From the NCBI RefSeq assembly GCF_022539665.2, contig NC_081332.1:1674001-1738000 (forward strand): a DNA stretch of 64,000 nucleotides, in the 5' to 3' direction. Position numbers and translations under genes: made by a program. Below, piece after piece: positions 11,846 to 21,194 of the stretch (the first letter of the stretch is position 1; each line of letters starts with the position of its first letter). The notes below the pieces were generated by a model. The model was not told the origin of the DNA, ran no database searches, and was given only the letters and a program-made list of their open reading frames with translations. This DNA is from Daphnia carinata (taxonomy: Eukaryota).

Positions 11846-12837
11846 TTAGTAGTCGCGAGCAACGTTACCAGAAGTCACGTAGGCGGATCCAGTGCCCGGA
11901 GCAGTGACGGTCTGGGAAATACGGCCAAAAGCGGAATCATCAGATGTAAAAACTGGTGCGGAGTAAGTGCGAGAAGCTGCAGCAGGTGCGGTGACCGAAG
12001 ACGAGGTGAATTCAGTAGATGAGGACGAAGGCGAAGTGAAGATCGGTGCGGAATAAGTGCGGGAGGAAGCGCCTGGAGCCGTGACAGTCGAAGTGGTGAA
12101 AACATCGGCAGAATGAGTACGAGTTGCAGCTCCCGAAGTGCGGCCACCAGAAGAAACGAAGACCGGTGCGGAATAAGTGCGCGAGTTAATACCCGGAGCG
12201 GTAACAGATGAAGTGGTTAAAACGCGAGCAGGAGCAACGGGACCGGTAACAACTGGTGCGGAGTAAGTACGAGATGATACAGCTGGAGCAGTGACAACTT
12301 GAGAGGTGAATACAGGTGCGGAGTAAGCCTGGCCGGAGTAGGCGGATGGAGCGGGGTATTTGGCCTCGCCTTCGTATTTCACATCAGCGGTGTATCCGTA
12401 GCTGTCAGCCTTGTAGGTGACGATTTGAACACGACCATCGGGAAGGAGGACACGGTAACTGCCGGTGGTTACTTTGCTGTCGCTGCTCTCGTAGTGAGAG
12501 TAGTCGTTGCCGTAACCATCGTAGACGGCCCAGTTGAAAGAGTAAGGCTGAGCGGGCTATTAAATAAGCAATTGTTCATTTAGAAACTGATTTGAATGGG
12601 TAGAAGAGCAGCCAATCGAACTTACGTATTCCTTGACCACGTATGATGAAGGTGAATAAGACCGAACATTGGAAGCGGAATTTGAATTTGAAGAAGTTTG
12701 GCCAAGGTAGTCGGAGTTGGCTGCAGCGACAGCGATCAAAGCGGCGAGTACGACGAACTTTAAAATTTAAAAGTGATTTATTAGAACTAAATCGTAATTT
12801 CCAAACCACTGAGTTGCACAGGTGATTTTACCTGCAT
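11846..12837 (-). CDS. Cuticular protein copy 5; exons 12837-12832, 12757-12626, 12556-11846
   Basis: As other copies; 711-nt last coding exon. Confidence 0.93.
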
Positions 12838-13266
12838 GTTGAGAAGTTGATAGAGCGATTGAGACAGTTGGCTAACTGATGTCCTTTCTGCTATTTTGCT
12901 GACGTTTATATACCGCAGAACAACACCCTTTGCTTTTCTTTTTTCAGGTGTTTACCAACTTCTAATAAGGTACGTATCCGATTGTTCATAAATTAACTGA
13001 AGAAAGGAAAAGTGTTTGTGTTTGACCTGCTCTTTGATCTTTGCAACGGTCAAATGAAATGGGTTTCAACATCAGGACTTTCCCCATAGCGTTCTATGTA
13101 ACGGACTTTCCAACAAATGTAGTCCCCATTTGAAAAATGTAAGGCGATTTCTGATTTGTTAATTATACAAATAGTATTGTATTAACTTTTCCCTTTCTAT
13201 GTTGATTTCGCTTTCCATTTATCGTAGGAAAAAGGAACGAATTTCTGGCCCGTTTTCTCTATGTGT

Positions 13267-13339
13267 GCCTCTGTGGCCTAATGGATAAGGCACCGGCCTC
13301 CTAAGCCGGGGATTGCGGGTTCGAGTCCCGCCAGAGGTA
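13267..13339 (+). tRNA. tRNA-Arg(CCT)
   Basis: Intact, GCCTCTG/CAGAGGT acceptor stem. Confidence 0.93.
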
Positions 13340-13694
13340 TTAATGATTAGAAAATGAATAATTGTACTACGAACGCGCTAAGGAAAAGGAGATTGAAATA
13401 TTCTGTGCTCGTAAATGACGGACGAGAAACCGTCTGTGTTGCATTTTGGTGCTAAGTGTCCAACTCCGTACGTTTCCACAAACACATTCAATTTATTTTT
13501 CGTAAGAAGCTCATTTAACTTCATGTTTTCATTCAAATTGATAGGTGTCATTTAGGATTTATTATTCATCCTTCTTTGCAGCCATATAACAATGTAAGAC
13601 TATAAAGTTGTTTTGCTTCATATAGTTTATTCAAATGTATATATATATTTAATTTGTCATCTTTTTTACATCACTATTTCAGAATTTGTTGGAC

Positions 13695-14654
13695 TTAGTA
13701 ATCGCGGGCAACGTTAGCGGAAGTCCCGTAGACTTGGCCGGCTCCGAAGGCGGTGCTTGACGTAGCGGGGCCGGCAGGAGCCGTGATAACTGGAGAAGTG
13801 ATAACGGTAGAGGAGGAACCTGCGGCGGAGTAGGTGCGAGAAGTGCCAGCAGGAGCCGTGACATCACCGGAAATGATTACGGGAGAAGTAAAAACTGGTG
13901 CGGAGTAAGTACGAGAAGCTGCAGCAGGACCGCCGACTGAAGACGAGGTGAATACGGTAGATGAGGACGCAGGAGAAGTGAAGACCGGTGCGGAATAAGT
14001 TCGCGAGTCAGCAACCGGAGCGGTAACAGATGAAGTGGTTAAAACGCGAGCAGGAGCAACAGGACCGGTAACAACTGGTGCGGAGTAAGTACGAGATGAT
14101 GCAGCGGGAGCAGTGACAGCTTGAGAGGTGAATACAGGTGCGGAGTAAGCCTGAGCGGAGTAGGCGGATGGAGCGGGGTACTTGGCTTCGCCTTCGTACT
14201 TGACATCAGCAGTGTATCCGTAGCTGTCCGCTTTGTAGGTGACGATTTGAACACGACCATCGGGGAGGAGGACGCGGTAAGAACCGGTCGTCACCTTGCC
14301 GTCGCTGCTCTCAGAGTGGGCGTAGTCGTTGCCGTAACCATCGTAGACGGCCCAGTTGAAAGAGTACGGCTGAGCGGGCTATGGAAGAGGCAATTTTTCA
14401 TTTAGAAACTGCTCTGAATTGATAAAAGAAAAGCGAATGGGACTTACGTATTCCTTGACCTCGTACGTTGAAGGTGAATACGATGGCCTATAGTAAGATG
14501 GAACTGGATAACTTGAGCCGGGATAGTCGGAATTGGCTGCGGCGACAGCGATCAAGGCGACGAGTACGACGAACTTGAAATAGATAAAGGTATTTGATTA
14601 GAATCAAACAATAATTTTCAACCGTTTGAATTGCATAGGTGATTTTACCTGCAT
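13695..14654 (-). CDS. Cuticular protein copy 6; exons 14654-14649, 14573-14448, 14378-13695
   Basis: As other copies. Confidence 0.93.
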
Positions 14655-15420
14655 GTTGGGAAGTTGTTAAAGTGATTGAGACAATTGGCAAACTGATGTC
14701 CTTTCTGCTATTCGCTCGCCCTTAAATACCGTGAAGCGATGACTTTCTTGTACTTCATCCGTCCTGCTTTTTCCAGTGTTCAAATAAGGGAAATATTTTA
14801 TTGTGAAAAAAAAAACAGAGAAAGGAAAAGTGCTTGTGTCGCAACTCGCGTTTGTACCTCGCCACGGTCAACTGGAAAGTTCCCAATATCCAGGGCTTTC
14901 CCCGGTGTGTTCTACGTAGCGGACTTAACAGTAAATGTTGTTCACCTGTTGAAATGCAATCCAATCACCGACTCGTTGACAAAATCCGTCCAGATACGGT
15001 GACATTCATTTGCTGGAGGCATCACTTTCAACGAATTTCAAGTTTCGTGAATTAGAACGTGATGATTGTTCCGCAAAAAGTGCACCACCTGAACCGGATT
15101 TCAGTAATAGGTTGGTCACCTGTATTTGCACCTCTCTCCAAAGTGCCTTGATTTGCAAAGGTGTTGAAATGGGGCTGCTAGTTTAACAGCCAAACGAAAG
15201 CGATCAATCATCTGAGGTACCACATAATCAAAGAATATGTACGACCAATTGCCCTTGAAAACTATGTTCTTTAGTAATTCATTGATCATCAAGTTTAGAT
15301 CTACTAACATATTTATTGCGAACAGCCTTCTAATACGATCTTGTATTATTCCTTTTAACAGGTGTTTAGGAATTCTCCAAGGGAAAAACAATGTTTTTCA
15401 CGCTAATAGTCAATTTATGT

Positions 15421-15493
15421 GCCTTTGTGGCCTAATGGATAAGGCACCGGCCTCCTAAGCCGGGGATTGCGGGTTCGAGTCCCGCCAAAGGTA
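15421..15493 (+). tRNA. tRNA-Arg(CCT)
   Basis: Intact, GCCTTTG/CAAAGGT acceptor stem. Confidence 0.92.
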
Positions 15494-15648
15494 TTCACGA
15501 GGTACTTTTAGCCGTGCTTAATATAATTACGTCGATAGGGAACGTATTGCGCATAGTTACCAAGTAATCATACAGCATTGTTTCCTAATCGTTTATTTAA
15601 GAAAATTACCTGTTATTTAACTAATGAAGAATGAATATATGTTTAACA

Positions 15649-15768
15649 TCTCCAGTAGCGCAGTTGGTTACCGCATGGTACTTATAGAACAGTAACTTAT
15701 CGTGCTAATTAAAGGTGAAATGATTGTAAGTCATGCCGAGGTCGCGAGTTCGATCCTCGCCTGGAGAA
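15649..15768 (+). tRNA. tRNA-Ile(TAT) variant, 46-nt intron, D-stem mismatch
   Basis: G9>A and gcgc>ccgc in the D stem; otherwise intact. Confidence 0.7.
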
Positions 15769-15889
15769 CATATTGGAGCTGTTGCTCAGCTTCTTTTTCA
15801 AAACAGATTGATTGACTTCTGGATTTGTTGGACCAAGTATATAAGACATTGGCCTTTTAACCCAAATATCGCCAGTTGAAGTATTGAAC

Positions 15890-15962
15890 ATTAAAATGGC
15901 CTAAAGGAGAAGGTATCGAACTCCTAAGCTGGGGGTTGCTAGTTCAAGCACCAGTAGAGATG
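15890..15962 (+). pseudogene. Highly degenerate tRNA-Arg(CCT), duplicate of the 11551 copy
   Basis: Near identical to 11551-11623. Confidence 0.7.
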
Positions 15963-16184
15963 ACGAGATGTCCAGAGGTATGTAATTGTTTAGCATTGAT
16001 GTTGAAAGATAGTTTTATATTGTCTTAGTCACATGACACATTTTCTTTGTTGCAGCTTTATAATGAATTAGAACGCAGGAGCTTTGCTTTCATATATTTT
16101 ATTTTTGATATATATTCTTTATTTGACATTTAATTTGACATTTCTTTGATGTATATAGATTTATATTTTCAAAATGTATGGCAC

Positions 16185-17176
16185 TTAGTAATCGCGAGCA
16201 ACGTTACCGGAAGTCACGTAGACGGATCCAGTGCCCGGAGCAGTGACGGTCTGGGAAACACGGCCAAAAGCGGAATCGTCAGATGTAAAAACTGGTGCGG
16301 AGTAAGTGCGGGAAACTGCGGCAGGACCACCGACCGAAGACGTGGTGAATACAGTAGATGAGGACGCAGGAGAAGTGAAGACCGGTGAGGAATAAGTGCG
16401 GGAGGAAGCGACTGGAGCCGTGACTGATGAAGAGGTGAGAACAGGGCCGGAATAAGTACGAGAGTTGGCTCCCGAAGTGCGGCCAGCAGAAGAAACGAAG
16501 ACCGGTGCGGAATACGTGCGTGAGTTAATTCCCGGAGCGGTAACAGATGAAGTGGTTAAAACGCGAGCAGGAGCAACAGGACCGGTAACAACTGGTGCGG
16601 AGTAAGTACGAGATGATAAAGCTGGGGCAGTGACAACTTGAGAGGTGAATACAGGTGCGGAGTAAGCCTGTGCGGTGTAGGGGGCTGGAGCGGGGTACTT
16701 GGCTTCGCCTTCGTACTTGACATCAGCATTGTATCCGTAGTCATCAGCTTTGTAGGTTACAATTTGAACACGGCCATCGGGAAGGAGGACGCGGTAGGTG
16801 CCGGTGGTTACTTTGCTGTCGCTGCTCTCGTAGTGAGAGTAGTCGTTGCCGTAACCATCGTAGACGGCCCAGTTGAAGGAGTAAGGCTGAGCGGGCTATT
16901 AAATAAGCAATTGTTCATTTAGAAACTGATTTGAATGGGTAGAAGAGCAGCCAATCGAACTTACGTATTCTTTGACCACGTATGTTGAAGGTGAATAAGA
17001 CCGAACATTGGAAGCGGAATTTGAATTTGAAGAAGTTTGGCCAAGGTAGTCGGAGTTGGCTGCAGCGACAGCGATCAAAGCGGCGAGTACGACGAACTTT
17101 AAAATTTAAAAGTGATTTATTAGAACTAAATCGTAATTTCCAAACCGATTAGTTGCACAGGTGATTTTACCTGCAT
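16185..17176 (-). CDS. Cuticular protein copy 7; exons 17176-17171, 17096-16965, 16895-16185 (missed by the ORF track)
   Basis: The 711-nt last exon reads open (..VQIVTYKADDYGYNADVKYEGEAKYP..SGNVARDY*) but has no early in-frame start codon. Confidence 0.92.
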
Positions 17177-17615
17177 GTTGAGAAGTTGATAGAGCGATTG
17201 AGACAGTTGGCTAACTGATGTATTTTCTGCTTTTTTGCTGGCGTTTATATACCGCAAATCAACACCCTTTGCTTTTCTTTTTTCATGTGCCTTTTACCAA
17301 CTTCTAATAAGGTACGTATCCGATTGTTCATAAATTAACTGAAGAAAGGAAAAGTGTTTGTGTTTGACCTGCTGTTTCATCTTTGCAACGGTCAAAGGAA
17401 AAGGGCCGTCAAACATCTGGGCTTTCCCCACAGCGTTCTACAAAACGGACTTTCCAACAAACGCAGTCCACATTTGAAAATGTAAGGTAATTTCTGAATA
17501 GTTTAATTACCCAATGTCTTTGATATTGACTTTTCCCTTTCTATGTTTTTTTCACTTTTTGTTCCAGTTGTCGTAGGAAAAACGAACGAATTTTAGGCCA
17601 GTTCTATCCAACAGT

Positions 17616-17688
17616 GCCTTTCTGGCCCAAAGGATAAGGCATCGGCCTCCTAAGCCGGGGATTGCGGGTTCGAGTCCCGCCAGAGGTA
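17616..17688 (+). tRNA. tRNA-Arg(CCT) variant, possibly decaying
   Basis: Substitutions G7>C, cct>ccc and ccggc>tcggc. Confidence 0.7.
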
Positions 17689-17838
17689 TTCACGAAGTTG
17701 TTTATACTGTTGGTTGATAGATCATCAAAGCTAGTTTATTGGAAGGGAGAAGAGATTCATCTGTTAATCAATTTCTCGTAGTTTTATCATTGTGTCTGTT
17801 AATTACTTTGTTATCCATTGATCAAATAGGTGCATGTA

Positions 17839-17958
17839 TCTCCAGTGGCGCAGTTGGTTAGCGCATGGTACTTATACGATAGTAACTTATAGTGCTGATT
17901 AACATTGTGTTGATTGTAAGCAATGCCGAGGTCGCGAGTTCGAGCCTCGCCTGGAGAA
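17839..17958 (+). tRNA. tRNA-Ile(TAT) with 46-nt intron
   Basis: Intact exons, TTTT downstream. Confidence 0.92.
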
Positions 17959-18530
17959 TGTTTTGGAACTTCTGCTCATCTTCTATTTCAACATGCATAG
18001 TCGGACATCTGACTTTGTTGAGCTAAACATCTAGAAAAATGAACGGAGTGTACCGTGTAATTACAGGTAAGCAATTGCCATCTAACATAATGCAATATGG
18101 CCAATCTTTATACGTTAACTGAATTTATGTTAAAGCTTCTTAGAGATGCGCCACGTCCCACAAACTCTTCTGCATTGCCTTGTGTGTCGTGACCCGTCTT
18201 CGAACTGTTTCAAGCAACCCAATCAACCCTCAAAATGAAAGGTAAGCGGCATTTTAACATTTCAAAAGTGACCTGCAATCTTTTAAAATTTGGACAAATA
18301 TGCAATTGATTGCATTGTCCAACAACCTGAACGTTCAATATTTTGGGGGCCTTCAGGTCAGTGATACTTCAGCACCGGTTCTGGTCCCGCACGAGTTTTA
18401 CGGTCAAGAAACGATAGTTGTTGACATGAAAATTAGCATATTATTCATAAGTTGATGAAGCGAGTTGTCGAATGGCAAAAAGAAACCGGGACCTGTTTTA
18501 TCTCTAAAGGGAACACGTTAGAGTTTAACG

Positions 18531-18650
18531 TCTCCAGTGGCGCAGTCGGTTAGCGCATGGTACTTATATGACAGTGTCTCGTTGTGCTTGTTTGATTGCA
18601 CGATAATTAAGGCAATGCCGAGGTCGCGAGTTCGACCCTCGCCTGGAGAA
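18531..18650 (+). tRNA. tRNA-Ile(TAT) with 46-nt intron
   Basis: Intact exons, TTTT downstream. Confidence 0.92.
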
Positions 18651-19165
18651 AGCCAGTTTTGTTTCTTACCTGTCCCACTCATACCTGTTCATGGAGGTTA
18701 GAGAAAGATCCTGGAAAGTCTGAGCTATTACGTGGCTGAAGTTGCCCAACAAAGGACGTATTCATTCCCGGTCGTAGAAAGCCAAAAATTAACATTTAAA
18801 TTCAGATTTCTTGCTTAGCCATGAGGTATATTTTAATTTGCAATAGGATATCAAAGTTAATTGAATATTGGAATCAACAATCTTTCACAACAGCCGACAG
18901 ATTTACATAATAGTTATTGATAGTTTTTCTTTCAATATCTGGCAAGGTAAGGTGTGCACTATCAACGAGCCCCACGCCATTGCGTAGACATTGTCCTGTA
19001 AAAAAGAAAACAAAACATTAACAGAGATGTTGCATACTACACAGCCTGCATCAATGGCTTTCGTATCTCAGTTCATTAAGAACAAAGTTGAAGATACAAA
19101 GGTGTAGATAAGCATCCTAACTGCCATTCTTTTGCACGCATTTTGCCTTGTGAGTGGAAGAAATC

Positions 19166-20334
19166 ATGAAGTCCTTTCTCATTCTTTTCGCCGTCATTTG
19201 CTCCCGCAGCGCAGGTAAGCCTAAACCAAAGTGAAAAGCACATAATGATGTTGCCAGAAACTCTTTCTGAAATGAATTTTTTAAAGCGATTTGGAGCGAA
19301 AACGGCCGCATTATTGAAGGTGAACTAGCCACGGCTGGTCAGTTCCCTTACGTAGTTTCCATTACAGAAAACGATCGTCACATCTGTGGTGGATTTATCT
19401 ACAGCAAACAATGGATTGTTACGGCAGCTTCTTGTGTTGAAGGGTAACATCAGTTAAAAATTTAATCAAAGCAGAAGAGATATTCGATAATTTTCTTTAT
19501 AGAAAAAAAAGCAAGCAAATTGAAAGTTGTGGCCGGTCAAGTGAGTGCCGTCTCTCCTGATCCTTACGAACAAATACTGACCGTCTACACCATATTCTCT
19601 TATCCGGAATATAACAGCACCACCAGGCTGAACGATGTCGCTCTCCTTAAGGTCCATTCAAATTTCAACTTCATTTTTTTATTAAAACGCAATTCGTTCA
19701 TGTTCTGCAGTTGACGACGGAGATTCAATTTGATTCTACAAACATCGATTTCATTCCGTACGGTGAAGAGCTAACCAACGATAAGATCGGGGTGTTCATG
19801 GGCTGGGGCGCAACGTTCGTACGTATGCTTTCCTAATTTTATCGGATAAACTTTTAAATATATCTTTCTGCATAACAAACGGTTCGTAAAACAGGAAGGA
19901 GGCTACGAGTCCGTGAATCTTCGATATGGATACTCCGCTATCTTCCCTCCGGCTACTGATGCAACATGCGGAGATTACTCTGGAGCACAATTTGATTTTA
20001 GGGTCCATGTTTTGCAATACCATCACATTAGCTGCACGTAAGATCAAAGCATTTAAATCGTATACTTTTTCTCCCTATAATGCTATGTATGTACGTTTTA
20101 TCTATTATTCTCTCCGTATTTCCTGCCGGATCACCTTGTCAGTATGACGAAGGATCGCCTTTCGATCAAAACTATGTTGATCCTGCGAACTCATCCGTGG
20201 TGATCCCAACTGCCGTAGGCATCTTTTCCAAAGTGCCACGATGCGATCCCACTGCTAAAAGCGTCTATACCAGACTGTCTGTCTACTATTTTTGGTTCTT
20301 AAACACAGCCGGCCAACAGCCAATTCGACAATAG
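19166..20334 (+). pseudogene. Trypsin-fold serine protease homolog (non-catalytic) with apparent frameshift and lost splice acceptor
   Basis: Signal MKSFLILFAVICSRSA; RIIEGELATAGQFPY; HICGGFIY..WIVTAASC; NDVALLK; MGWG; PCQYDEGSP. The frame changes near 19995 and there is no AG before the last exon (~20125). Confidence 0.75.
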
Positions 20335-20520
20335 AGACAGCTCACCATTACAACTCAAGATGGGCACTGATATCAAATATTCAAGATTTGTTGTGTTTAT
20401 CATTTATATACATACCGGCAAGCGGACATGAAAATGTATCATTGAAATCATTTGTTTGCCCAATAGAATATAGATTTTAAGCCTGGTGTCTCCTAGCTGT
20501 TGCCTGGTGCTCATCGTATG

Positions 20521-20640
20521 TCTCCAGTGGCGCAGTTGGTTAGCGCATGGTACTTATAAGACAGTATTTAATAAAGCTAATTGAAATGGCAATGTGTAGA
20601 AGTAATGCCGAGGTCGCGAGTTCGACCCTCGCCTGGAGAA
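20521..20640 (+). tRNA. tRNA-Ile(TAT) with 46-nt intron
   Basis: Intact exons, immediate TTTT. Confidence 0.93.
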
Positions 20641-20919
20641 TTTTGAATTACAGAAGTTATTAAATTGCAATGTTTTACTTTTGTTTGGTGTCAAAGTGGG
20701 CGAGTAGTAAAGAAAATGGAACGCACCAAGCTTTTGTCCAATCCTTAACGCACTCAATCAGTTGCAACAGGTTTTAGAAATTGGGATGCTTCGCCGTGAT
20801 TGGGTATGCTTAAGAATCTGTGGAAGAACATAACGAAGAATTTCTTGTTTTTCAACGTAACATTCGTAAAATTATTTTGCATTCTTTCCATTCGTTTTTA
20901 TGATATGGATATCTTGTTA

Positions 20920-20992
20920 GCCTTTGTGGCCTAATGGATAAGGCACCGGCCTCCTAAGCCGGGGATTGCGGGTTCGAGTCCCGCCAGAGGTA
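20920..20992 (+). tRNA. tRNA-Arg(CCT)
   Basis: Intact, followed by TTTTT. Confidence 0.93.
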
Positions 20993-21194
20993 TATTTTTA
21001 ACGAATACGTTAGTAATTGACTTAATGTTGAGATTGGAAGACGAACATTCTGAGACTGATCAAGAGCAATCAAATAATTCGCAAGTTTTGTATTTCTTTT
21101 CTAAATAAATTTTATATTTTGTTAGTTTATATTTTGTTGGTTGGGGTTACGTTGATGCGTCACTGTCGCCCCTAATAGTTGGCAATTCGACGTC

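Noticed and set aside
2200..16700. Recurring 'ggtgcggagtaagt' motif resembling a CRISPR-like repeat
   Set aside because: It encodes the TYSAP peptide repeat inside eukaryotic exons; spacing is irregular and in frame, and there are no cas genes.
3010..16922. Repeated + strand 89-94 aa ORFs (MRGEYRCG...) and alternate-frame Leu/Pro-rich minus-strand ORFs
   Set aside because: Antisense or frame-shifted shadows of the cuticle exons; they recur because the genes are duplicated.
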